Shown here piece after piece: positions 25,365 to 34,147 of a stretch of DNA of 64,000 nt. The translations under genes and the position numbers were made by a program. The DNA comes from an uncultured Flavobacteriales bacterium (GTDB lineage: Bacteria; Bacteroidota; Bacteroidia; Flavobacteriales_D; CAJJDF01). Numbering within the stretch: position 1 is the stretch's first letter; the number at the start of each line of letters is the position of its first letter. The stretch lies in the NCBI GenBank assembly GCA_905182785.1, contig CAJJDF010000015.1, positions 3,555-67,554 on the forward strand, in the 5' to 3' direction. The notes beneath the pieces are model-generated. The model was not told where the DNA came from. It was given only the letters and a program-made list of their open reading frames with translations, and made no database searches.

Positions 25365-26864
25365 TCAAGGTTTTTCAAAAAATTTCAAGGTTGTTTCGTA
25401 AATATCTGTTCCCATCATTTTGGATTTGAGATAGGCAAAGAAACTCATGATGTAAATATCCTCTCTAGCAGCAGATTTTATTTCTACAGAATTGTAAAAA
25501 CCATCCATGAATTCCTTTGTTTTTAGCTTTTCGGGATGTGTATAACTTGTTTTTAAGTATTTTAAAAACACCATTGCGCGCGTATCTTGTTTCAAGTATT
25601 CTTGGTTTTTAAATAAAAAACTTTCTAGCCTAGCGTCTGCATAATCAATGTTATCTAATTCAATGTGAGTGAGAATTTCGATTAAATTTTTGTTCATTAC
25701 CCAATTTGCTCCCATAGTTTTGTTATACCAATTTTCTGTAGCATTCAGTTTAGAGAAAATAGTTTGATTTTCTCGGTAATTTTTTTGCTGAAAATTTATC
25801 ATACTTGAGACGACCATGGCATCCAAATAATCTTTGTTTTTTGTGTCTTTTGTACCCGAAATAGCTTTTTCTATGACAACAATTGCTTCCTCTTTTTTAC
25901 CTAAATAATTATTGTTAAGTGCAGAAAGCACATTCATTTTTATTCCAAATATTTTTTCGTACTTTTTATTAGAACTATCAATCACAGATTTCATTTTTTC
26001 TAAGTACAAATTGCTGTTTTTAAATTTTTTCTCTCTAAAAAAGATATTTGCAATGAAATATAACAACTTAAGATGGGAAAACACATAGCGGGTATTTTCT
26101 TCATCTTTATTTGCAATTATTTTGTAGCGTTCTGTTACGAAAGGAGCAACTTGATAATAGTCTTTTGTAATGTTTGCACTTGCCGATACAATTTGTATCA
26201 ATTGGTACAGGGTTTTGTAATTATATCCAGATTCTTCTGTGATGTTGAACCGAGTAAAAACTTCATCAAGGATGGATTCAATCTCAATAGGAATTCCTTT
26301 TAATCTAGTTTCTTCTAGCGTCTTTTTCACAGTGGCATAAGCCAAATTTAGGTTAGAGTCCTGAATAAGTAGCTCTCGATTTTTCTTTAATTTTATAATT
26401 GTATCCTCTAGATTTATTGAAGAATTATAATGCGAAAACTGGACGAGCAAGCTGTAAATTTCAGCCAATGCAATCACGTCATTATCTTCTTTGGCTTTAT
26501 TTTCTGCTTTATCCAGTAGTTTAAATCCTATTTTGTAATTCTTACTTTCTATTAAGTATTTTCCAGTTAAGATTAGTTTGGTTATTTCTAGGACATTTCC
26601 TTCTTCCTGATTGAATCTTTCGTTTGCAATAAAATCTACTATTTCTCCAAACAAGCGTTTTCTCAGTTGATGATATGCTGCCTTATGATCGCTCCCGTAA
26701 AGTTTTACTGAAATCAATTTAGGGTTCACTTTTTCCTCTTTTATGAGTTTGTAAAGCTTAAGTTTTTGAGAATCGGGATTCTGCTTGTTTTTTTTTAAAA
26801 AAGACACAAACTTTCCTTGTTCTTCCAAACTCATACCCCTGATTATATCAGATAAAGGAATCAT
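25365..26864 (-). CDS. hypothetical all-helical (TPR-like) protein
   Basis: 499 aa with no signal peptide. It is Lys/Glu/Asn-rich with helical repeat character. I recognised no motif. Confidence 0.5.
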   Translation of the reverse strand: MIPLSDIIRGMSLEEQGKFVSFLKKNKQNPDSQKLKLYKLIKEEKVNPKLISVKLYGSDHKAAYHQLRKRLFGEIVDFIANERFNQEEGNVLEITKLILTGKYLIESKNYKIGFKLLDKAENKAKEDNDVIALAEIYSLLVQFSHYNSSINLEDTIIKLKKNRELLIQDSNLNLAYATVKKTLEETRLKGIPIEIESILDEVFTRFNITEESGYNYKTLYQLIQIVSASANITKDYYQVAPFVTERYKIIANKDEENTRYVFSHLKLLYFIANIFFREKKFKNSNLYLEKMKSVIDSSNKKYEKIFGIKMNVLSALNNNYLGKKEEAIVVIEKAISGTKDTKNKDYLDAMVVSSMINFQQKNYRENQTIFSKLNATENWYNKTMGANWVMNKNLIEILTHIELDNIDYADARLESFLFKNQEYLKQDTRAMVFLKYLKTSYTHPEKLKTKEFMDGFYNSVEIKSAAREDIYIMSFFAYLKSKMMGTDIYETTLKFFEKP

Positions 26865-27321
26865 AATGTGTGTTTTTTAATTTCTTGTGTTGGTAAATGA
26901 TCTTTTTTTATTTGCAGGAGGACGGGAATAAAAATAATAAATAAAGCAAAATGGAATTGTACAAATTAGCAGCCCCATATGTTGTAGGGAAAAACCGAAA
27001 AATTAAGAAATTAATAAGGTAACTAACAAAAAAAACTTTTCTTGAAGCAAAAATTGTAAGGCTTTATTTATTTTAATTAAATGCTGAAAACCAATCAAAT
27101 ATAGTGTTAATTTTTCTTAATTAGAGTTAGTTACAGTTATTCTTTATGTTTTAATGATTAAAACTTTTGTGAATAGATGATTATACCAAAAGAATTAAGG
27201 CATGAAAATATTACTTAACGCAATAGTGGCTAGGTTATGTTTCTTATTTGGTTTTCATAAAATAGAGGAACAGACGAGAGCAATACTATTAAAGAGTTTA
27301 TGGTTTGGGTTTAATGGCGTA

Positions 27322-27963
27322 TTATAAAAACCAACCAATTCCACCAGAAATCATTATAGGATGATATTTAAAGCCATCAAGATTTAAAATATCATCTCCT
27401 TTCTTGTTTTTGAACCTGCCTTTTGTGATGTCATATTGAGTTTCTGCTTTCACGGAAACAGCAAATTTTTGCTTTACAATAAATCTCAGTTCAGAAGAAA
27501 TTCTTGGAGCAAAAATCCAGTTTTTATATTTTACATCCCTATCAATTCTCACTTTTTTACTTCCTATGTTAAAGCCTGTACTGATCACAAAATCTATCCA
27601 TTTCGTTTTCGGCAAAAAATTAATTCCATAAACATCTATTCCAAATAAGTATCCAGAAAACTTTGTTCTTATAGAATCTGTGGAATAAACGGGATAAAAA
27701 TATTTCCAAGAAATGTTTCCAGCATTTTTTAAGTATTTCCCTTCTAGACTAGAATAATCAGTAGAAGAAAGAGAAAATTCTATGAATGAAATTTGATTTT
27801 CGTATAAACTTTTTACGTGATAATTATTTTGGTCTACAAATTTAATTTCATTTTTCCCTTGAGTAATTCCTGTATGGATACCAAAAATAAATTGACTGTC
27901 AAATGCTTCTTGAGCAAAAGTATAATTCGATAAAAGCAACAATGCTAAAAGTCTTTTTTTCAT
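27322..27963 (-). CDS. small outer-membrane beta-barrel-like hypothetical protein
   Basis: 213 aa. The signal peptide reads MKKRLLALLLLSNYTFAQ. It has alternating strand patterns and the C-terminus is ...GGIGWFL. It lies 4 nt downstream of recJ. Confidence 0.45.
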   Translation of the reverse strand: MKKRLLALLLLSNYTFAQEAFDSQFIFGIHTGITQGKNEIKFVDQNNYHVKSLYENQISFIEFSLSSTDYSSLEGKYLKNAGNISWKYFYPVYSTDSIRTKFSGYLFGIDVYGINFLPKTKWIDFVISTGFNIGSKKVRIDRDVKYKNWIFAPRISSELRFIVKQKFAVSVKAETQYDITKGRFKNKKGDDILNLDGFKYHPIMISGGIGWFL

Positions 27964-27967
27964 AATA

Positions 27968-29695
27968 TTAAGTTGTAATTTTTATGTCTCTAAGATTCAG
28001 TTGTAGTTTTGTGTTATTGTTCCAGGTATTTTCTTCTATTACAAAGGCAATATCAAATGATTGATTGTCTTTTATGTCATTGAAGTATTCTCCAAGTCCA
28101 AAACCTATGCAGTCTAATAAAAAATCAGGAAAATCTGGATCGTAAACTGATAATTTAAGGTGAGTTTCCCCTACAATTTTAGAATATTTTGCCTTCACTT
28201 GTTTTGCCACAAAAAGCGGATGCATGTTTTGTGGACCAAAAGGAGCAAATTGTTTTATTATTCTATAAAATTTAGGAAATTTCTGACCACTATTGGACTT
28301 TAATTTCCCTAGTAAAATTTCTTCGTCAATCTTTATTTCTGGCGTAAGTTGTTCTTCTGTAATTGTTTTAGAGACAATTACCTCAAATTTATCTCTAAAA
28401 GCATCTACGTTTTCAATCGGCATTGTCATTCCTGCAGCATACATGTGCCCACCAAATTGTGTTAATAGATCGGAGCATTCATCAATCGCATTGTATACAT
28501 CAAACCCTTGCACAGAACGAGCAGATCCTGCTGCTTTTCCATTGCTTTCGGTCAAAATAATAGTTGGACGATAATAGGTTTCTATCACTCTCGAAGCCAC
28601 AATTCCTATCACACCTTTGTGCCAGTCTTCACTGTACAGCACACAAGATTTAGCAGTAAGAAACGCTTCATTTTCTTCTACCATTTTTAGCGCTTCTTCG
28701 GTAATGGATTTATCAAAAGTCTTACGTGCTTTGTTTTCACTTTCAATAAATTCACCTAATTCTTTGGCAGCTCCATCTTCCTCAGAAACTAATAATTTCA
28801 CTGCATTCATACCTGATTTCATTCTTCCAGCAGCATTTATTCTTGGGCCAACAATAAATACTACATCCGTAATATTTAAGTCTCTTTTTAGTGCCGATAG
28901 TTTCAAAATCTCTGCAATTCCTTTCCTTGGGCTGTGGTTTATTTTCATTAATCCAAAAAATGCCAACACTCTATTTTCTCCAGTCACAGGAACAATATCA
29001 GAACCAATGCTCACGACCAATAAATCAAAATATTCTTCTAAGTCAGAGAACTCATAACCTAATTCTTGATTAAGCGCTTGCACCAATTTGAAACCAACTC
29101 CACAGCCACATAATTCTTTGTAAGGATAGTTGCAATCCTTTCTCTTTGGATCTAGAACAGCTATTGCTTTAGGTATTTCATCTCCAGGCCTATGGTGGTC
29201 ACAGATAATAAAGTCCACTCCTTTTTCTGTAGCATAATTTACTTTTTCTATGGCTTTTATCCCACAATCTAGCGCAATTATTAATTTAAAATCATTGTCG
29301 GCAGCATAATCTATTCCTTGGTAAGAAATCCCGTAACCTTCGGTATATCTATCTGGAATATAATATTCTACGCTCTTATAATGTTTTATCAGGAAAGTGT
29401 ACATTAAGGAAACGGCAGTAGTTCCGTCCACATCATAATCTCCGTAAACCAATATTTTTTCTTCTTTTTCAAAAGCCTCAAAAACTCGATCAACAGCTTT
29501 ATCCATATCTCTCATCAACAAAGGGTCGTGAATGTGAGACATTTGTGGGCGAAAGAAATCTTGAGCTTCCTCAAAAGTATAAATCTCTCTTTGATGTAAA
29601 AGTTCTACCAGTTCTTTATCAACCCCCAGTTTTTCTTCCAATTCCTTTGTGGATTTGGTGCTTTTTGGGGTTAAGGTCCATCTTTTTTCTTGCAT
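27968..29695 (-). CDS. recJ: single-stranded-DNA-specific exonuclease RecJ
   Basis: 575 aa. Contains DHH-family motifs (VYGDYDVDGTT, LDCG, ICDHHRP) and DHHA1 (GGHMYAAG). Confidence 0.92.
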   Translation of the reverse strand: MQEKRWTLTPKSTKSTKELEEKLGVDKELVELLHQREIYTFEEAQDFFRPQMSHIHDPLLMRDMDKAVDRVFEAFEKEEKILVYGDYDVDGTTAVSLMYTFLIKHYKSVEYYIPDRYTEGYGISYQGIDYAADNDFKLIIALDCGIKAIEKVNYATEKGVDFIICDHHRPGDEIPKAIAVLDPKRKDCNYPYKELCGCGVGFKLVQALNQELGYEFSDLEEYFDLLVVSIGSDIVPVTGENRVLAFFGLMKINHSPRKGIAEILKLSALKRDLNITDVVFIVGPRINAAGRMKSGMNAVKLLVSEEDGAAKELGEFIESENKARKTFDKSITEEALKMVEENEAFLTAKSCVLYSEDWHKGVIGIVASRVIETYYRPTIILTESNGKAAGSARSVQGFDVYNAIDECSDLLTQFGGHMYAAGMTMPIENVDAFRDKFEVIVSKTITEEQLTPEIKIDEEILLGKLKSNSGQKFPKFYRIIKQFAPFGPQNMHPLFVAKQVKAKYSKIVGETHLKLSVYDPDFPDFLLDCIGFGLGEYFNDIKDNQSFDIAFVIEENTWNNNTKLQLNLRDIKITT

Positions 29696-29722
29696 AAGAT
29701 TTAGTTATTTTTTCTATAAGTT

Positions 29723-29829
29723 ATCCTGACCTTGATTCAGAATCTAACAGAGAATATTACACGAGTATAAAAATATTACTATTAGTAATATTTCAATGAA
29801 TAAAGATACTGAAACAAGCTCAGCATGAC
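29723..29829. repeat. left arm of an inverted repeat bracketing paaZ
   Basis: Aligns with the reverse complement of 32156-32240. A ~33-nt block (ATCCTGA..TTGATT.CAG.ATCT.ACA.AGAAT) and a 49-nt block (43/49 identical) match. They are separated by a 25-nt insertion that is present only in this arm. Confidence 0.7.
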
Positions 29830-29860
29830 ACGTGTTATTTTAAGTTAATCAGTTAAGTTG

Positions 29861-29972
29861 CGCTTCGAGACATTTTTCCTGTCAGAAAAACCCTCAGCTC
29901 GCAGTTTTGTAAAAACCCGAACCCTGAGGATTTTGTTCCTTTTCAGGAACAAAATGTCTCGAAGGGTGACTT
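29861..29972. repeat. structured intergenic repeat, copy A
   Basis: Shares the blocks CTTCGA.AC, TCAGAAAAAC, CTCAGC, CAGTTTT, CCGAACCCTGAG and TCGAAGGGTGACTT with 49414-49513. The outer stem is 29863-29876/29951-29964 and the inner stem is 29892-29897/29924-29929. It lies just 3' of the paaZ stop. Confidence 0.7.
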
Positions 29973-29997
29973 TACCTCCGAACCCAAATCAAAAGAC

Positions 29998-32046
29998 TTA
30001 ATTACTCTGATCAATTTTCCTAACCATTGTCAAAATAGTAGCAATTGCTACCGTTTCTCCTGTTTGATCATACACATCAACCAAGAATTTCACAATTCCT
30101 TTTGCAATGTCTTCTTCATCTCTTTTTTCTCCTTCAATTTTTTCTTTCACAGTGAATTTCACTCCAATTGTTGTTCCTACATAAACAGGTTTTACAAATC
30201 TAGCTTCTTCCAATCCGTAGTTTAGTAATACAGGTCCTTTAGCAGGGTCTACAAATAATCCGGCAGCTTTAGAAAGGATAAAATATCCATGCGCAACACG
30301 TTCTTCAAAGATTGTTCCTTCAAGCGAAGTTACATCCATGTGTGCATAAAAATTATCGCCACTTACATTAGCAAAATTTACAATGTCTGTTTCTGTGACT
30401 GTGTGTTTGGCAGTAATCCAAGTTTCTCCAATTTCTAGTTCTTCAAAATGCTTACGGAAAGGATGAACATTATCCAGTTTGAATTCCGCACCAGTTTGGT
30501 ATTGGTTTGTAATTGCTGTCAAAGTAGTTGGCGAGCCTTGTATAGCAGTTCTTTGCAAGTAATGCTTCACGCCTCTCATTCCACCCATTTCTTCCCCACC
30601 TCCAGCTCTTCCTGGTCCTCCGTGAGTTAATTGTGGCATTGGCGAACCGTGTCCTGTACTTTCTTTAGCGCAATCTGCGTTCAACACTAATATTCTCCCA
30701 TGAAGTGCAGCTGCACCTAACACAAATTCTTTTGCAATTTGATTATCTCCCGTTATAATGGAACAAACTAAAGAACCTTTCCCCATTTTGGCAAGCTCTA
30801 TGGCTTCTTCAATTGTTTTGTATGGCATTATCGTAGAGACTGGACCAAAAGCTTCTAAATTATGCACATCTGTTTTATTAAACGGATCGTCATTAACAAA
30901 TAGAATAGGAGAGAAAAACGCTCCTTTATTTTTGTCGGCTCCAATTACTTCAAAACTTGATAAACTACCAAATACTATTTCTTGACTTTTTGCCAATTGA
31001 TTTACTCTATCTGTAACTTCTTTCACTTGTTCTTGTCCAGCAAGAGCTCCCATTCTTACTCCTTCTTGAGCAGGATCTCCAATTACTGTTTTTGCCAATC
31101 TTTGTCCTAATGCAATTTGAACATCTTCTACCAGTTTTTCTGGCACTAGAATTCTTCGAATAGCGGTACATTTTTGACCACATTTCGCAGTCATTTCTCT
31201 TTGAACTTCTTTTATAAATAAATCAAATTCTGGTGTTCCGGGAACTGCATCTTCTCCCAAAACAGAACAGTTAAGTGAATCGGCTTCCATATTGAACGGA
31301 ACAGATTCTTCCAAAATTCTTGGGTGAGATTTAAGCATTTTTCCAGTAGTAGCCGAACCAGTAAATGTAACTACATCTTGGTTTTCTACGTGATCCAAAA
31401 TTCCATTTGCCGATCCACAAATTAATTGTAACGAACCTTCTGGCAAAATTCCTGAAGCAATTATTTCTCTTACAACAGCTTCTGTCAAGTAACTAGTGAT
31501 TGTTGCAGGTTTCACTACTGCCGGTACTCCAGCAAGTAAATTTACGGCTATCTTTTCTAGCATTCCCCACACAGGGAAGTTAAACGCATTAATATGAATT
31601 GCAACTCCTTGTTTAGAAGTTAAAATATGGTGACCAATAAAAGTTCCTCCTTTTGAAAGCGGAGCAATTTCTCCATCCAATGCAAACGATTCGTTTGGAA
31701 ATTGTTTTCTCAAAGATGCATTGGCAAATAAGTTTCCAATTCCTCCTTCAATGTCAACCCATGAATCCATTTTTGTAGCTCCAGAATAGGCACTGACTTT
31801 ATAAAATTCTGCTTTTTTTTCTAGTAAATGAAAGGCCAATGCTTTTAACATTCTTCCTCTCTCGTGAAACGTTAATTTACGTAAAGCAGGCGAACCAACT
31901 TCTCTTGCATAAGTCAACATATCACCAAAATCCAATCCTTTTGAAGTTGCTTCAGCAATTACTTCTCCATTTATTGCATTGTATAAGGATTTCCCTTCTC
32001 CTTCTCCATTTACCCATTTCCCTTGAGCGTAACTTTGTAATTTCAT
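29998..32046 (-). CDS. paaZ: bifunctional aldehyde dehydrogenase / MaoC-hydratase, PaaZ-type (oxepin-CoA hydrolase / 3-oxo-5,6-dehydrosuberyl-CoA semialdehyde dehydrogenase)
   Basis: 682 aa, collinear with E. coli PaaZ as I recall it. Matching segments include HINAFNFPVWGMLEK, EADSLNC, GQKCTAIRR, ESTGHGSPMPQLTHGGPGRAGGGEE and a C-terminal hot-dog region (DIVNFANVSGDNFYAHMD). Confidence 0.9.
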   Translation of the reverse strand: MKLQSYAQGKWVNGEGEGKSLYNAINGEVIAEATSKGLDFGDMLTYAREVGSPALRKLTFHERGRMLKALAFHLLEKKAEFYKVSAYSGATKMDSWVDIEGGIGNLFANASLRKQFPNESFALDGEIAPLSKGGTFIGHHILTSKQGVAIHINAFNFPVWGMLEKIAVNLLAGVPAVVKPATITSYLTEAVVREIIASGILPEGSLQLICGSANGILDHVENQDVVTFTGSATTGKMLKSHPRILEESVPFNMEADSLNCSVLGEDAVPGTPEFDLFIKEVQREMTAKCGQKCTAIRRILVPEKLVEDVQIALGQRLAKTVIGDPAQEGVRMGALAGQEQVKEVTDRVNQLAKSQEIVFGSLSSFEVIGADKNKGAFFSPILFVNDDPFNKTDVHNLEAFGPVSTIMPYKTIEEAIELAKMGKGSLVCSIITGDNQIAKEFVLGAAALHGRILVLNADCAKESTGHGSPMPQLTHGGPGRAGGGEEMGGMRGVKHYLQRTAIQGSPTTLTAITNQYQTGAEFKLDNVHPFRKHFEELEIGETWITAKHTVTETDIVNFANVSGDNFYAHMDVTSLEGTIFEERVAHGYFILSKAAGLFVDPAKGPVLLNYGLEEARFVKPVYVGTTIGVKFTVKEKIEGEKRDEEDIAKGIVKFLVDVYDQTGETVAIATILTMVRKIDQSN

Positions 32047-32155
32047 ATCTAAATTTTGCTGTTATTTATTATTTTAATTACTGTCAGTAATTGAAACGTA
32101 AATATACAGAATGATTGAATAAAAAGCTAATGGGAAAATGAATAGTAAAAGAGAA

Positions 32156-32240
32156 GTCATACTGAATTTATTTCAGCATCTTTATTCATTGAAATATTGC
32201 TAATGGAATTCTTTGTGAGATCCTGAAATCAATTCAGGAT
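32156..32240. repeat. right arm of the inverted repeat bracketing paaZ
   Basis: Its reverse complement aligns with 29723-29829 (see that entry). It contains a terminal hairpin ATCCTGAA-atcaa-TTCAGGAT (32220-32240). Confidence 0.7.
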
Positions 32241-32251
32241 GAGATAATACT

Positions 32252-32967
32252 TTATCTCAGATGAACACGAAATGGCAACACCATTTTTGTTCTAACAGGC
32301 TTTCCTCTTTGTATGCCAGGATTCCATTTTGGCATATCGTTAAATGCTAAGGCTATATTTTTATAAAATTCTTGACTCTCATTTTTTAAAAGGCTGAGAT
32401 TGGAAAGAGATCCGTTTTTCTCAATAATAAATTCAAGGTAAAATTTACTTCTAATTCCGTTTTGTGTGTCTAGTTCAGGATATTTTATTGACTTGCCTAA
32501 AAACTCAAATAATTTAGAGTCACCACTAGGGAATTTAGGTTGAGTTTCTAAAACTTTATAAAGCTCATCATGATTTATTTCAAATTTAATAGGCAGAACC
32601 ATTCTAACATCCACAGAATCTCCCCTTAAGTTTTTTCCAGGATTCCAATTTGGCATTAGTTTTACGATTCGAATTGCTTCTTGGCTCAATAGAGTGTCAG
32701 GTGAACGAAGAATTTTAATATCGAAATGTCTCCAGTTTTTTTAACAACAAATTGAACATAGACTTTTCCTTCAATTCTTCTAGCTTTTGCAGAATCAGGA
32801 TAGTGTTTTACTAATTTAATGAATGAAAATAATTTCTCTTCTCCTCTAGGAAATGAGGCAGGTTCTTCTGTAACAAAAATGTGTTTTATTTCTTGATTTG
32901 TGTTATTTTGGGAACAGCCAATACAAGCAAAAAGTATAAGAAATAATAATGGGATTAGTTTTTTCAT
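32252..32967 (-). pseudogene. frameshifted gene for a signal-peptide + two TonB-C-terminal-like domains protein
   Basis: The track ORFs 32686-32967 (93 aa) and 32252-32689 (145 aa, TTG-initiated) are one reading unit. The first frame ends ...KKTGDIS and the -1 frame continues DIKILRSPDTLLSQEAIRIVKLMPNWNPGK. This restores the domain seen intact in the neighbour (TDGSISNIEIIRSPNPAFSEIVKNAILRIPNWNPGM). The shift is near 32720-32724. Confidence 0.6.
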
Positions 32968-33383
32968 TTTATCTTAAAACTTACGGGTACAACAAATTGA
33001 ACTCTTACTTTTTTTCCTTCTTGCATACCTGGATTCCAATTCGGTATTCTTAGAATAGCATTTTTTACAATCTCAGAAAAAGCTGGGTTTGGAGACCTTA
33101 TGATTTCTATATTTGAAATAGATCCATCCGTTTCTATCACAAATTTACAATACACTTTGCCAGTCACTCCTTTTTCTCTTAAACTATCTGGATAATTAAT
33201 GTTTTTGTTTAAAAATGACATAAATTGAGAATCTCCACCTTTGAATGAAGGCATAATTGGAGCAATACAAAAGAGAGAGTCAATTTTTATTTCTTTTCTC
33301 ACTGTAATCACTCCTGGTTGGTCTTGGCTAAATATAGTTTGAAAACAAAAAGCACCTAAGAGAATTGTAAATACTTGTTTCAT
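32964..33383 (-). CDS. secreted TonB C-terminal-domain (TonB_C-like) protein
   Basis: 139 aa with a signal peptide. Contains PSFKGGDSQFMSFLNKNINYP...GKVYCKFVIETDGSIS...IPNWNPGMQEGKKVRVQFVVPVSF, the TonB_C pattern. There is no Pro-rich spacer or N-terminal TonB anchor. An ATGA overlap links it to the next gene. Confidence 0.7.
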   Translation of the reverse strand: MKQVFTILLGAFCFQTIFSQDQPGVITVRKEIKIDSLFCIAPIMPSFKGGDSQFMSFLNKNINYPDSLREKGVTGKVYCKFVIETDGSISNIEIIRSPNPAFSEIVKNAILRIPNWNPGMQEGKKVRVQFVVPVSFKIK

Positions 33384-33485
33384 AGTTGTTGTTTTAATTA
33401 TTACAAATCAACTATTGCACCAAGTTACAAAATAAAGGGCTGTATTTATTTAAAGGGGATTTTGAAAATTAAAAGGAAAAAAGTA

Positions 33486-33899
33486 TTATCTTTTTTTTCG
33501 AGGAAGGTAAAACTGAACAGGAAGTGCTTGTTTTACTTTTATTTTTTTGCCTTTTTGTTCGGCAGGGATCCATTTAGGCATATCTTTTATTACTCGAATT
33601 GTTTCTTTATCACAACCTCCACCAATTCCTCTGTAAATTTTAACTCCTGAAATACTTCCGTCAATCTCAACAGTGAATTCGGCATATACTTTTCCTTGAA
33701 TTCTTTTTTTGATTGCTTCTTGAGGGTAAGTAATACTTTTTAACAAATATTGAGACAACATCCTTTCTCCTCCTGGAAACTGAGGTTTCCTATAACTTTT
33801 GAATTCAGTAGTCTCTCCGTTTGGCTCAGAAAAATCTTTGTCATAAGTGAAACTTAAGCTAGCAAAAGTTAGTGATATGAGTAAAATAATCTGTTTCAT
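33486..33899 (-). CDS. secreted TonB C-terminal-domain (TonB_C-like) protein
   Basis: 137 aa with a signal peptide. Contains PQFPGGERMLSQYLLKSITYPQEAIKKRIQGKVYAEFTVEIDGSIS...MPKWIPAEQKGKKIKVKQALPVQF. Confidence 0.7.
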   Translation of the reverse strand: MKQIILLISLTFASLSFTYDKDFSEPNGETTEFKSYRKPQFPGGERMLSQYLLKSITYPQEAIKKRIQGKVYAEFTVEIDGSISGVKIYRGIGGGCDKETIRVIKDMPKWIPAEQKGKKIKVKQALPVQFYLPRKKR

Positions 33900-34091
33900 T
33901 TTAATTAAAAACTTATTTCCTGCTTTTTTCTGAAGATAAGAGTGAAGAAAAGAATTTTTTGAGTATGCTTATGAATCTCTCTTTTATTTTGTCGTTAATC
34001 TTAGACAAAAGCTTGATTTTAATAAGTAAATGTACTTAAAAATTATTTAAATACAGTAAAAATACTGAGTTTTAACAAAAATATAACCCAT

Positions 34092-34130
34092 AAAAAAGTC
34101 AGTAGTGTCTTTTTACTACTGACTTTTTTT
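34092..34130. terminator. bidirectional rho-independent terminator downstream of gdhA
   Basis: The stem AGTCAGTAGT/ACTACTGACT (34097-34106 / 34115-34124) is flanked by an A-run and a T-run, 18 nt from the gdhA stop. Confidence 0.6.
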
Positions 34131-34147
34131 AATTTATTATTCTTAGA

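Noticed and set aside
26865-27321. The 457-nt intergenic region upstream of the 499-aa helical protein contains a 41-codon plus-strand ORF (27202-27327) and a 23-codon ORF.
   Set aside because: I recognised no structure, repeat or motif. The 41-codon ORF overlaps the 3' end of the 27322-27963 gene and has no supporting signal. The region is left uncalled.
28617-29057. A 146-aa plus-strand ORF, together with shorter ones at 28293-28574, 28508-28690 and 28891-29073.
   Set aside because: They lie entirely antisense within recJ, which has clear DHH/DHHA1 motifs. Their low-complexity Ser/Phe-rich translations are typical of shadow ORFs.
33375-33650. A 91-aa plus-strand ORF.
   Set aside because: It overlaps two TonB_C-domain genes on the opposite strand, and its translation is Phe/Tyr/Lys-rich noise.
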